IMG/VR virus record: IMGVR_UViG_2162886007_000107
Coordinates: 1 to 64,000 of that record
Length of the DNA stretch: 64,000 nucleotides
Reading direction: 5' to 3' (one strand)
Shown: piece by piece, positions 29,501 through 38,420 of the stretch
Position numbering within the stretch: the stretch's first letter is position 1
Layout of the letters: every line of letters starts with the position of its first letter
The notes under the pieces: generated by a model
The model's database searches: none
What the model saw: only the letters and a program-made list of their open reading frames with translations
What the model was told of the DNA's origin: nothing
Program-made: the position numbers and the translations under genes

Positions 29501-30952
29501 AAGATTCTTACTGATACTTCGGTTAACTTGGTTGAAGAGGTAGGACCAGTTCACCAGTGCAAGGATCAGGAGGAACTTACCTTTGGTGGTACTGGTGGTC
29601 GCAGTGAGATTACTGTAACCAAGTCTGGACGTGGTATGAAGGCCAGTTATCGTGGTCGTCTTGGCGAGGCTCACAAGGATAGTGGTAAGGTAGGTTTTGT
29701 TACCTACACCACAAGTGACCCGTTGGTTGCCAACTACCGTGGTCTGATGGATATGAAAGGTAAGGTAACTGATACCGGACTTCTGTCCGTTACTGGTAAT
29801 CTGTCCGTGTCCATTACCAAGGATGATGCCAAGCGTCAGGTGTTCGTGTCTACACAGTGGTCTCAAGCTGTTAGTGCACAAAACTACACCTGGGGTATCG
29901 TGCGTACTGGTTATGATTCGATTCTTCCGCATCGCACAAGCGAGCTGTACAGCAAGGTGGCTGCCCGTAAAGGTAAGGTTACTAATGTTGAGTCGGATCA
30001 ATTGACTGTTACTTACGACGACGGTAGCGTTGATAAATATCCGCTGGGTCTGGTTGTCGGTGAGGCAAGTGGTGAATACCACCGCCACACTCGTGTAACC
30101 GATTTGAAGGTAGGGGATAAGTTCGATAAGGGCGACATTATCGGATGGGATGATCAATGGCTGGCACGTGACCCGTTCAACCCTGGTCAGGCTGTTCTGA
30201 AGAAAGGCCAGATGGTTCGAATGATTCTGGTAGAGGACCAGGATACTTACGAAGACTCCATTGCTGTTTCGAAGGAGTTTGCGGAAGGTTCTATTACTCC
30301 TTATCTGAACCCTGCTAAGTTCAAGATGAGGGCTGATCAATCGATCAACCTGATGGTAAAAATAGGTGATGAAGTCGATTATGACGCGATTTTATGCGAA
30401 ATCGATGACAGCCATGTCGATAGCGACGTGAGTGATAATTCTGGTATTTCTAACGAGATCAATCGACTCGGCATCAAGCAGCATCGTTCCAGAAACCACG
30501 GCAAAATTGTGGCGATCGATGTCAAATACAACGCACCTGCTGAAGACATGACTCCTTCGGTGAAGAAGCTCATTGCTACTGCGGATAAGGCGCGCAAACG
30601 GACCATGGAGACTGAAGGTAAAACTCCTGTTACTGGTGCTGTAAACAGTAACCTGAACGTAGCCAAGCCAGTTATTCCTCCAGGGCTCGTAGAGGTTTCG
30701 ATCATGATCGAGACTCTCGATGGTAGTACCACTGCGGATAAATTTGTTGTAGGCAACCAGATGAAGGCCACTACTGGTTTCATCATGCCTGAACCGATCT
30801 ACACCGAAGATGGTAAAGCTGTGCACCTGAAACAAAGTTACAAGGGTGTATTGAACCGGATCGTTAACAGTCTGAGGGACGAGGCTTGCACAAACGAAAC
30901 CGTAATTGGTTTCAGTGATGCCGCGGCTAAAGTGTACAGAGGAGTTAAATAG
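26552..30952 (+). CDS. Virion RNA polymerase beta-like subunit (phiKZ gp178-like)
   Basis: 1466 aa; FGGTGGR, DSGKVG, DDAKR, TYEDS, ADKFVVGNQMK RpoB-like motifs. Confidence 0.9.
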   Translation: MNDIDLDAVDGSEALAAFYEQFFRYFVMRKKQDLVNPRFLPVGEISLPRRSLLHYFPKDTVEIGPSRSEGFVSNFQGEVFLEFVTEYNPVLGNGRRLVVEIRKAIQAYRASHYDYFWTKDIKTVYNKDKVLIVRSYGFIDKMYLQRAGIFINYERFYNHFHALIEGIKEEHNRVGVEARRQFIRIDLPINFPGFVDMSTDYDNWVHNFDLEKGLPVPTNQAVRMTKAEGSYWLLEFMAFLFGDYEYTQFGKLNEEELNATHLIFVFDSRSLIINLGVVKGWLDGEHDKGYTARIEKEDAARAAKGEKRKPVSHRAGHGKRLNASKRFYLALMNLSRGGISEEEKDNPNGVTTAEDAPVAEGTQGVQKESAQKPESRKEQELLANANAAGTDSDDGSLLDVFRDPVKPVASVDNTAGEIGGRTHTQDDQEWNSEVDETLLVQEKVETAVVARKDQFANPEDGIRLALEQRARETNLSVAEYAFFMKKGTQYKTIKMNNGQTMEEFIKITPEEIAALKEDATVTGQFTTILDESQLQSKAMVLKKGYVERIMYKDVASMFLGIQNAGFALNNYKHEEINSVEGEYDVFSVQFHEVNGEQSTHVIRVSKVQKDGTFTVDGVKNHMQLQRRELPIRKINGNQVVLSSYYPNRLMVQRTKKMAENQSVWMGKQILLRGKAGTLTFNRGTKFNRDYPAPRVYSALATKFQWIKTKDYTFDFRIDDLLEQYPDFKKYTKKESFLVGVKNGKPLTIDGYGYVYLDGAEVGTIEGLMDISLKKAPVETVNINISGFNFPIGVVLCWYFGIDELIKLTKATTRTVPAGTRPKLDDDEYAITFNDEFLIFNRREKLQAMIFGGLVDLGNISNFSRSDLNGNGIWGPLMAEPKVRARHFQEMKNLNDLFLDPIHKKLLQEMKYSENFPELLIDAVRLLETDQTRNEVELEEQRIVGYERFPGHIYTTFCEGVRAYRGKGTDRKHKLEINPDAVTMKILTDTSVNLVEEVGPVHQCKDQEELTFGGTGGRSEITVTKSGRGMKASYRGRLGEAHKDSGKVGFVTYTTSDPLVANYRGLMDMKGKVTDTGLLSVTGNLSVSITKDDAKRQVFVSTQWSQAVSAQNYTWGIVRTGYDSILPHRTSELYSKVAARKGKVTNVESDQLTVTYDDGSVDKYPLGLVVGEASGEYHRHTRVTDLKVGDKFDKGDIIGWDDQWLARDPFNPGQAVLKKGQMVRMILVEDQDTYEDSIAVSKEFAEGSITPYLNPAKFKMRADQSINLMVKIGDEVDYDAILCEIDDSHVDSDVSDNSGISNEINRLGIKQHRSRNHGKIVAIDVKYNAPAEDMTPSVKKLIATADKARKRTMETEGKTPVTGAVNSNLNVAKPVIPPGLVEVSIMIETLDGSTTADKFVVGNQMKATTGFIMPEPIYTEDGKAVHLKQSYKGVLNRIVNSLRDEACTNETVIGFSDAAAKVYRGVK

Positions 30953-31863
30953 TGAACTATCGGATGCTTAATGCCATCCGGGATATCCAGGTCGCCTCGA
31001 AAGAGTGCGGCCTTTATCTCGCAGGGGCAATTGACGGTAAGTGGGGCATGGGTTCATCTTCAGCAGTGAAGGTGATTCTGGATGATTACAACTATCGGGT
31101 CAATGGTAGTCGTGCGCAGACTTCGCCTCTTCCTGTTGTCGCGGCAACGCTGACCGAAGTAGACGCACTGAAGGCTATTCAAACTAACCTGAAGTTGCTT
31201 AAGCTTTATTCCGGTGAAGCTGACGGCGTGATGGGTCCTGGTACCTGGGGTGCTTTCGTTAAGGCGGTTAATAGCTTCAAAGCTTATAACCGTATTCCTT
31301 ATCTGAGCCTGTGCTGGAGTAAACGTGTTGGCCAAGCGTTCATCGACAAAGTCGTTGCTGGTTGCCGTGCTCGTGGTTGGTATGACCGTGCTCCGCATGA
31401 TCTCATGGGTTGCATGTACTTTGAATCCGGCGGCACCTTCGATCCTGCTAAGCAGAACAACGGTGGCTCCAAGTACTTCGGTCTGATTCAGTTTGGTGCT
31501 CTGGCTGCTAAAGACCTGGGTATCCCTCTGGAGAAAATCATCGCCATGTCTCAACTGGAGCAGTTGGATCTGGTATTCACTTACTTCGACATGTGGGCGA
31601 AACGCGGCAAGAAATACACTCGTCTGGAAGACTTCTACCTGACCATCTTCTACCCAGCTGCGGTTGGCAAGAAGCCGGATGAAGTGCTGTTCCGTAAAGA
31701 CGGTGCTACCGACATTGAAGTCAAGTCGTATCTCCAGAACAACGGGTTCGATTTCAACAAGGATGGTGCAATCACTGTTGGCGAGATCAACGACCGTCTG
31801 TACAAAGTTTATTACGAAGGGATGCTGCCCAGCAACCGTTCGCCATCCACTGTGCTCTACTAG
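30952..31863 (+). CDS. Modular endolysin: two peptidoglycan-binding repeats plus a lysozyme/SLT-like domain
   Basis: GAIDGKWG and GEADGVMGPGT PG-binding motifs; catalytic FES motif and GLIQF. Confidence 0.85.
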   Translation: MNYRMLNAIRDIQVASKECGLYLAGAIDGKWGMGSSSAVKVILDDYNYRVNGSRAQTSPLPVVAATLTEVDALKAIQTNLKLLKLYSGEADGVMGPGTWGAFVKAVNSFKAYNRIPYLSLCWSKRVGQAFIDKVVAGCRARGWYDRAPHDLMGCMYFESGGTFDPAKQNNGGSKYFGLIQFGALAAKDLGIPLEKIIAMSQLEQLDLVFTYFDMWAKRGKKYTRLEDFYLTIFYPAAVGKKPDEVLFRKDGATDIEVKSYLQNNGFDFNKDGAITVGEINDRLYKVYYEGMLPSNRSPSTVLY

Positions 31864-31874
31864 TTGAGGCAAGC

Positions 31875-32048
31875 ATGTCCAAAGAAAAAATCATTGGTGA
31901 CGTTGTCACCGTTTCCAACGCCGTCGAATTCATCAAGAATACTCTTGAAGGTGTCGGCCTGGTTTACCTCGCCCCTTTGGAAGAATCCGTGAAGGACGAA
32001 AAGATCAGCAAGGCTATCATCAAGGCCATCAAGAAGGAAGGTAAGTAA
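31875..32048 (+). CDS. Small 57-aa protein (not in ORF track)
   Basis: GAGG RBS; MSKEKIIGDVVTVSNAVEF...; its TAA overlaps the ATG of the next gene. Confidence 0.75.
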   Translation: MSKEKIIGDVVTVSNAVEFIKNTLEGVGLVYLAPLEESVKDEKISKAIIKAIKKEGK

Positions 32049-33562
32049 TGATCCGCGAATCCAGCATCGCCCTGGCAGAGCCGATTGCGGTAGCCGGTTT
32101 CGACATCAAGCCTTCCATCATCATTGAAGGTCTGAATGGCGAAGTCGCTGCCCTGGGCTCGTTCACCGACAATTTCCGTCAGGAGATCGTCGAAGTTACT
32201 TCCAGTGAAGACTCCGGTCACACGGCCTTCACCAAGGAAGGTTCCGATCGCATGGCTGCGATCATCCGTACCACTCTGAGCAACATCAGTGAATACGGTA
32301 AACCTCTGGCTATGGCCATCGCACGTAGCGCCAGTAACTGCTACAGCCGTGATGAGCTGAAGTCTCTGGCTATGTCTTCGTTCACTCACAGTTTCGTTCA
32401 CCTGGACGATCCGTTCTTTGACTCTCCTCTCTTCCCGAAAGAAGTAAAGGAAAAAGGCCTGAACTTCACCAACGTCAACCTCGACGTATTGAAGTCGCTG
32501 GTCTTTGAAGATCCGACCCGTGAGCAGATCGTTGACTTCATCGGCACCAACCATGCTGACGTTGCAGAAGTAATGCGCGAGCGTGACTTCTCGATGAACG
32601 ACGCTGCTTTCACCCTGGGTAACTTCGAAAGCCTGGCAGGCATGTTTGTCAAGGGTCCGAATGGTAACTTCGACTTCTCCAAAGTCAAGTCCATGGCTTC
32701 CGAGAAGTTGATCAAGGTCTACGTGCTGCTGACTCGCATGTATGCCAGCGAAGATATCCCTGCCTGGTTCAAAGGCGGCGAGCTGAGCAAGTATCGCGAA
32801 TACGTTAACCTGCTGTGGAACGGTATGACCCTGTACCTTCTGAAGCTTCAGCAAAACGTCAACGCTCTGCGCGCTCGTGACCTGGTTCTGGTTGATGCTC
32901 ACCCGGTTGCTTTCACTGATATCCGTGGCGATTCGAAAGCCCGTATCGTTAAAGCAGAAGTTACCTGCTACTACACTGACAAAGCGCTGAACGCCATCAC
33001 TGGTGCTGACTGCTCGATGTCGGAAGTACTGCTGGGTTACTACTGGGAGAAACTCCAGGGTCGCACCCACCCACTGGCTGAACTGACTGGTGAACCTACC
33101 AAGTTCCAGGAAGCCAGCGAGAAGTATTTCAATTACGTTCACGAGAAACTCCTGGTGCATGCACGGGATCGTTTCATCGAGTCGGCGTTGAAGGCAATGG
33201 AAGAATTCATTGTCGGTAATCCACTGGTTCTGGAACGCGTACAGGCATCAGGTCAACTTCCAGGCAACTGGTTGCGTGCTCGTTTCCTCGGCGAACTGGA
33301 GCGTGGTTACTACACCATCAACAGCAAGAACGCCAACCTGGGTGGCTTGACTATTGACGGTGAAGCTGGTTGCTCTATGGAAGACGCAATCATGGGCACT
33401 CACATCGTTCCCGTATTCCTCCGGGAGATCGGTTGTGAGATGGCTGCGGAGATCATTGAAGATACCTTCGTAAGCCAAGCAGAAGAAGACAATGTGGCGG
33501 ATAAGAAGGAGCGCATTAGCGTTGCTGTTATCAACCTCATTGCCCGGAAGTGCTTCGTCTAA
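32048..33562 (+). CDS. Conserved virion-associated protein
   Basis: 504 aa with strong codon bias; operon between RNAP and protease. Confidence 0.7.
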   Translation: MIRESSIALAEPIAVAGFDIKPSIIIEGLNGEVAALGSFTDNFRQEIVEVTSSEDSGHTAFTKEGSDRMAAIIRTTLSNISEYGKPLAMAIARSASNCYSRDELKSLAMSSFTHSFVHLDDPFFDSPLFPKEVKEKGLNFTNVNLDVLKSLVFEDPTREQIVDFIGTNHADVAEVMRERDFSMNDAAFTLGNFESLAGMFVKGPNGNFDFSKVKSMASEKLIKVYVLLTRMYASEDIPAWFKGGELSKYREYVNLLWNGMTLYLLKLQQNVNALRARDLVLVDAHPVAFTDIRGDSKARIVKAEVTCYYTDKALNAITGADCSMSEVLLGYYWEKLQGRTHPLAELTGEPTKFQEASEKYFNYVHEKLLVHARDRFIESALKAMEEFIVGNPLVLERVQASGQLPGNWLRARFLGELERGYYTINSKNANLGGLTIDGEAGCSMEDAIMGTHIVPVFLREIGCEMAAEIIEDTFVSQAEEDNVADKKERISVAVINLIARKCFV

Positions 33563-34293
33563 TGAGTGTCCATCTCCTCCCTCGGGAAGAGAGCGGTAAG
33601 TTCCTCAAGAAAGCATTCACCATCATGGAAGATAATTCCGTTATGGCAAACCGAAAGCTGGAGATTTATCTCCCGAAGAAGTTTGTAGATAACGGAATGG
33701 CGGTGGTTACGGACAAAGTGCTTTCTGCTGCTGTATTGGGCTTGGTGATTCCAGGGGAGTGCTTCGCTCCCTTGGTAGCCATGATGGACATCACTCTGCT
33801 TCCTTTGAACATCAGAGAAAGTAACGTGTTGGGCGTTCAGTATTTCGTGTTGGAGTTTGAGGAAGGCGACACGGTTATTGAAAACCTTGAGGTCATCCAA
33901 GACCCCAACAAGCCTTATACGTACACTCTGGAGTTTTACGATTACGCTCGGATCCCTTGGTATTTGAGCGAGAAAGAAATCATGGGGTTGTTTGACAATG
34001 CTCCGGCTGAGTGCGGTGGTCGTGTTGGCAGTACTCGCCAAGTTCCACGTGTATTGACTTCAACTATGTTCAGGGACCCAGATAACCCTAACCAGGCTTA
34101 CCGTTACAGTGAAGCAATGAAAGAAGGACGTCCACCACTCATCATGGGGCTTAACAATGGCGCTATGTTGATTGACGGCACGTTCTCCAAGATTACTGGT
34201 GGTTACCTGCGGGATAACACGTTGGCTGCTATGGTAAACCCTGATACCAAAGTAACCGACAACGAAAGGATCATGCGGGGCATTCCATCATGA
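33562..34293 (+). CDS. Conserved protein (phiKZ gp176 position)
   Basis: TAATG coupling; synteny just upstream of the prohead protease. Confidence 0.7.
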   Translation: MSVHLLPREESGKFLKKAFTIMEDNSVMANRKLEIYLPKKFVDNGMAVVTDKVLSAAVLGLVIPGECFAPLVAMMDITLLPLNIRESNVLGVQYFVLEFEEGDTVIENLEVIQDPNKPYTYTLEFYDYARIPWYLSEKEIMGLFDNAPAECGGRVGSTRQVPRVLTSTMFRDPDNPNQAYRYSEAMKEGRPPLIMGLNNGAMLIDGTFSKITGGYLRDNTLAAMVNPDTKVTDNERIMRGIPS

Positions 34294-35138
34294 GCAGAAT
34301 CATTACCTTCGGTAGTACCGTTCTCGAAAAGAGCGGTAAGCAAGGTATCTTGAAACCGATGGAAGAAGGGGGTTTGTACTACCTCATCAACTCCGGTGGT
34401 TTCAACATCGAAAACCGGAGCGGTATTAGCTATCGCTTCAACGATTACCTGCGGGAATGCATGCATCCTGATTCTGATCTGAACCGTCGTGTCAGTGAAG
34501 GTCAGTTGCAGTGTGAAGCAGGTCATCCGCCTCAGTACTTCTGGGAACGGGTTGATGGTCGTATTGTCCAGACCAAGATCACCGACATCTTCCAATGGAT
34601 TCAACGTCTGCGCACCATCCTGGAGCCAAACGTTTGCGGTTCGGTCCGCAAGATCCACTGGATCATGACTGGTGGCGAAAACGATCCTGTGTACAACAAG
34701 ATCGAAGTTCGTCCTTATGGTCAGCTCGGCTACCTGCTGGAAGAAAGCATCAAAGACCAGTACATGAACACCGCTTTCAGTATCCGTACTGTTACGGCGC
34801 CTCAGAAGCTTGGTCAACGTGTCCGTGAAGTTGAATTCTTCACTGGTTACGACCTGGTTATCGAACAGGGTATGCTGGATGCTTGCAAGTACCGTACTGC
34901 TGGTCTGGAAGATCTCATGAACAACATTCTGGTTGCTGCTCCGGCAGAGATGAATGTTTCCGTAGACGAAGCTATTTACGTCTGCGAACGTGAGATGCAA
35001 AAAGAAGACTTCCTGGTTCGTTTTGCTGGTACCGAGTCGTACACCCAGCTTTCGACCATGATCAACCAACTGAAGAAGACTCACCGTCATACTCAGAAGG
35101 TTCAACTGAAGACTTCCAACAGCCTCAGTGTGTTCTGA
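34290..35138 (+). CDS. Prohead (head maturation) protease (phiKZ gp175-like)
   Basis: NRSGISY, CEAGHP (His), FSIRT (Ser) and GYDLV motifs of T4 gp21-like proteases. Confidence 0.85.
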   Translation: MSRIITFGSTVLEKSGKQGILKPMEEGGLYYLINSGGFNIENRSGISYRFNDYLRECMHPDSDLNRRVSEGQLQCEAGHPPQYFWERVDGRIVQTKITDIFQWIQRLRTILEPNVCGSVRKIHWIMTGGENDPVYNKIEVRPYGQLGYLLEESIKDQYMNTAFSIRTVTAPQKLGQRVREVEFFTGYDLVIEQGMLDACKYRTAGLEDLMNNILVAAPAEMNVSVDEAIYVCEREMQKEDFLVRFAGTESYTQLSTMINQLKKTHRHTQKVQLKTSNSLSVF

Positions 35139-35147
35139 TACACCACT

Positions 35148-35181
35148 TAACCAGGACTAGGGGCAACCCTAGTCCTGGTTA
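35148..35181 (+). terminator. Intrinsic terminator
   Basis: 15-bp stem, GCAA loop, followed by a T-rich tract. Confidence 0.8.
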
Positions 35182-35251
35182 TTTATTTTAGCCGCATTCT
35201 TATCATATACCCTCAGTGGGCAAATTCACCCTTAGCCATCAAAGGAACATA

Positions 35252-35977
35252 ATGATGCAAATTTCCGAACAAAACCAGATTGCTCTGAACGAACAACTGG
35301 CTTTCGTTTCCTGCCTGCGCGAAGCTGTCGGTTCGATTGTCTTTCTGAATTCCATTCTGTCTACCTCCAAGAAAGAATGGGACGCCTGTTCCAACATCGA
35401 CAACGACGAACACCTGATCCGTGGCATTGCTACAAGCCCGATCAAAACCGACGCTTGCAACACTTATGTGTCCAAGCTGATCAAGCACTACCTGACCAGC
35501 GAAGGTACTCGGGCCACCGCCTGGACCAAGAACACCATCTCCAGCGAAAACTTCACCAACAAGTCGATCGCTTCGATCATCGCCGCCCACACCTTCTACG
35601 AACACACCGAGTTGTTCAAGATCGTGGCTACTCGCCTGATGGGCTTCGACGATACTCTGATCGATCTGGCTCTGGCCCTGGGTTCCGAAGCTCAAGCTGA
35701 ACAGCTGGTCATCTACCTGGGCGGTCGTTTCGATCTGGTAGAAGCTCTGCAAGTCGTGGAAGTGGAAGACGTCAAGTTCTCCGACTCCGTGAACAAGGCT
35801 CTGCTGGATCGTTACAGCCATGCGGTGGCTTACTTCAAAGCTGCTCTGGACGAAGGTCGTTTCAACGAGACTTTCTACATCAACAAATCTCAGGCTGCTA
35901 TCCAGCACTTCACCACCGAGCCTGAGCCGGGTGATCTGTATATCTACGATCGGCTTGACCTGCTGACCCAAGAATAA
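35252..35977 (+). CDS. Hypothetical protein
   Basis: AAGGA RBS before ATG 35252; strong codon bias. Confidence 0.75.
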   Translation: MMQISEQNQIALNEQLAFVSCLREAVGSIVFLNSILSTSKKEWDACSNIDNDEHLIRGIATSPIKTDACNTYVSKLIKHYLTSEGTRATAWTKNTISSENFTNKSIASIIAAHTFYEHTELFKIVATRLMGFDDTLIDLALALGSEAQAEQLVIYLGGRFDLVEALQVVEVEDVKFSDSVNKALLDRYSHAVAYFKAALDEGRFNETFYINKSQAAIQHFTTEPEPGDLYIYDRLDLLTQE

Positions 35978-35994
35978 TTCAGACCTATATCACT
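35978..35994 (+). promoter_or_regulatory. phiKZ-type early promoter
   Basis: TTCAGACCTATATCACT. Confidence 0.7.
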
Positions 35995-36093
35995 TAGATG
36001 ACCAAGCAGTCTTATGACTGAGGGGAAGTGACACACTTCCCTTTCTGGTCTCGAACAATTTTACCAAAACCTAGATAGAAGTGAGAACTAGCA

Positions 36094-36534
36094 ATGTCCT
36101 TGAATGAAGAATACGCAAAGCTGATGGGTAACGGTGTAACTGCTCTGGTGGAAAACCACACCTACGAGAAGACCACCAACCACGCAACTTTCGACGCTTC
36201 GAAGCTGGTACTCCCAGAAGGTATCACTGAAGACTCGGTGAAGAACGTTGTGAATTTCATCAACAACACCGGCGGTCAGGTGCGCAATGCAACTGCCGAA
36301 ATCGCTCGTCAGCAATTCGCTGACAACAAGAAACTCACCACCGTCGACGGTACTCTGTCCTGGGCTGGTGTGACCTGGAACTCGCAACACAACCTCAGCC
36401 AGAAGGCTGGCGAAGACACTCTGTACGGCCACTCGGTGACCACTACTGATTACGCGCATTCCTCTGACTTCTCTCAGTGGACTGCCGACCAGGACAAGGC
36501 CAACATCGAACTGGCAACCAAGCTGTTCAGTTAA
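36094..36534 (+). CDS. Hypothetical early protein
   Basis: 146-aa ORF after the promoter; strong codon bias. Confidence 0.8.
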   Translation: MSLNEEYAKLMGNGVTALVENHTYEKTTNHATFDASKLVLPEGITEDSVKNVVNFINNTGGQVRNATAEIARQQFADNKKLTTVDGTLSWAGVTWNSQHNLSQKAGEDTLYGHSVTTTDYAHSSDFSQWTADQDKANIELATKLFS

Positions 36535-36546
36535 TTCGGGGGTTAC

Positions 36547-36948
36547 ATGCCTTTACCTGCGATTATTAAAATCTTCGATAAAGGTGCTGTGACCTACGAA
36601 GATCCTTACACCAGGAAGCCAGGAGTTTCAATCGAACTCAATCGCTTCTTCAAGGACGAGACTCAAACTGTTGCGGATTGTCTCCGTGAAGTAAAGGTCG
36701 CTCTGGAAGAAGTCGATACCTGGCCAGAAGGACAAAAGTCTCCTTCTGAACTGGTCGATGAAGTTGCCGCTCATCTGGAACGTGAAGCACTGTATCTCAA
36801 CATCTTCCGGGATGCTGAAGAATATCATCTGCTCATTGCTCCGGTATCGGAAGGTAATCTGCAATGGTTCCCTGATCGTGCAATCGGTGAAACCTACGTA
36901 ATGCCTCGGCAGAAGTGGTTCCTCCGGTTGGTCTTTACGAAAAAGTAA
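36547..36948 (+). CDS. Hypothetical protein
   Basis: 133-aa ORF followed by a hairpin at ~36966-36995. Confidence 0.75.
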   Translation: MPLPAIIKIFDKGAVTYEDPYTRKPGVSIELNRFFKDETQTVADCLREVKVALEEVDTWPEGQKSPSELVDEVAAHLEREALYLNIFRDAEEYHLLIAPVSEGNLQWFPDRAIGETYVMPRQKWFLRLVFTKK

Positions 36949-37025
36949 CATTGTTCGCAGTGAGTCCTATCCCCGGGTTAACTCCTGGGGATAGGGTTTA
37001 TACTGCATTTTTATTTGGGGGTTAT

Positions 37026-37253
37026 ATGTGGTGGATTGTTGCCGCAATTCTGTTGGTTATTTTCTGGGGTGTATTGTTTCGTGCATTCGCTCCTGCGATC
37101 AACATGATCTTGCATGCCCACGCTATCAGCTATAACAAAAAGCATCAGCTCGCCGCTAAGCTGGTGTCAAAAGGAATTGATGTTTGTTTCTATCTTTCCT
37201 GTATTTACGTCGTACTTGTAATTGTCGTGTGCCTTGTTAACTACTTTAAGTAA
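37026..37253 (+). CDS. Small membrane protein
   Basis: MWWIVAAILL...; two hydrophobic segments. Confidence 0.7.
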   Translation: MWWIVAAILLVIFWGVLFRAFAPAINMILHAHAISYNKKHQLAAKLVSKGIDVCFYLSCIYVVLVIVVCLVNYFK

Positions 37254-37266
37254 TTGGAGCTAAACC

Positions 37267-38175
37267 ATGTCTTTTGATGAAAAGCAATATGAAATGATCT
37301 TCGGTCTGCACGAAGATGGTATCGTCGATACTTTCGGTGGTAAGACTTTTGACCTGACAGGCACTTATACCAGTGAAGCCAGAACACTGGATGCTTGCTT
37401 GATGGGTGTTTCTCGTCGTAATGCTTCTGCTGTTGAAGGCTTTGTTCCTCTGGTGACCTATGGTATCACCGTAAAGAAAGTGCCAGAGCAGCATAACCAC
37501 TATGCAAGTCTCATGGATATACGCGGCCAAAGTAATCTGCATGAACCCAGGATCGCTGTTTACAAACAGCGTAAAGTAGACAATAACCTGAAGGAATATT
37601 TCGTACTGTCCATTGGAGTAAGTGGCGAAGTATTTAAAGGTGACCTTATTTCTAACCTGGTTACGCGATTGGGTCTTATTAATCAAAACGTTATTGATCT
37701 AACCACTGTGTTGCAGAATGCTTCGTACCGCAATTACACCGACAAGATTAACAACATGGTCGTAGATCCGGAGCACTTCAATAACTCTATTTTGGTTGGT
37801 CTCTCTACCCCATTCACTTTCATACGCGACGGTGTGAAGAAACCTGGTTATTTTGGTCCTGCCCACATTGGTGCGGTATACGTTCTTCCAATCAGCCTTG
37901 AAAATGAAGTAAGTTACAACGATACCAATTGCGTACATATGGGTTGGTTTACTCTTGAGGAATTGCGTACCGTTGTTGCTGCACAAGAAGGAATGGCGGC
38001 GGTCGGTCAGCCAATTACTCCAGAAACATTTGGCTTTGCTAATCCGGGGTATCAACAACGGCTTGGGCAACTGGTCCTGGTTAATTTTGAACCATGGTCG
38101 GAGCGACTGATTATGGATTCAACGGATGAGTTTGAAAACTTGCTCCGGCACGCTCCTTCTTCAACCGACTTTTAA
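37267..38175 (+). CDS. Nudix-fold protein, degenerate (COG4112-like)
   Basis: LSIGVSGE, HIGAVYV, GWFTLEEL and FEPWS motifs; no canonical Nudix box. Confidence 0.5.
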   Translation: MSFDEKQYEMIFGLHEDGIVDTFGGKTFDLTGTYTSEARTLDACLMGVSRRNASAVEGFVPLVTYGITVKKVPEQHNHYASLMDIRGQSNLHEPRIAVYKQRKVDNNLKEYFVLSIGVSGEVFKGDLISNLVTRLGLINQNVIDLTTVLQNASYRNYTDKINNMVVDPEHFNNSILVGLSTPFTFIRDGVKKPGYFGPAHIGAVYVLPISLENEVSYNDTNCVHMGWFTLEELRTVVAAQEGMAAVGQPITPETFGFANPGYQQRLGQLVLVNFEPWSERLIMDSTDEFENLLRHAPSSTDF

Positions 38176-38213
38176 ATAACGAGGACAAGGACGTCCACTT
38201 TACTAGAGTCTTC

Positions 38214-38420
38214 GTGATGATTTATGAATTGCGATTAGCCTTGTGTGTTATATTCTTTACCTTAGTGTGTCTTTACGACAAGAAGATCGTGCTCGTACTA
38301 AGGAAAGCTATTCCTAGTCTTCTGTGGCGTAACGTTGCAAACATTGCACTCATGGTTGTGGCTATGCAGGTTGGTCTTTACGCTATTAATTTGATCGGGC
38401 TTATTTTGGGGGTTAAGTAA
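38214..38420 (+). CDS. Small membrane protein
   Basis: 68 aa with two hydrophobic segments; TAATG coupling to the next gene. Confidence 0.65.
   Translation: MMIYELRLALCVIFFTLVCLYDKKIVLVLRKAIPSLLWRNVANIALMVVAMQVGLYAINLIGLILGVK

Noticed and set aside
27863-30340. 825-aa minus-strand ORF (and similar shadows such as 937-2541, 23437-24876, 48359-50155)
   Set aside because: Antisense to well-supported genes; explained by codon bias suppressing stops on the opposite strand
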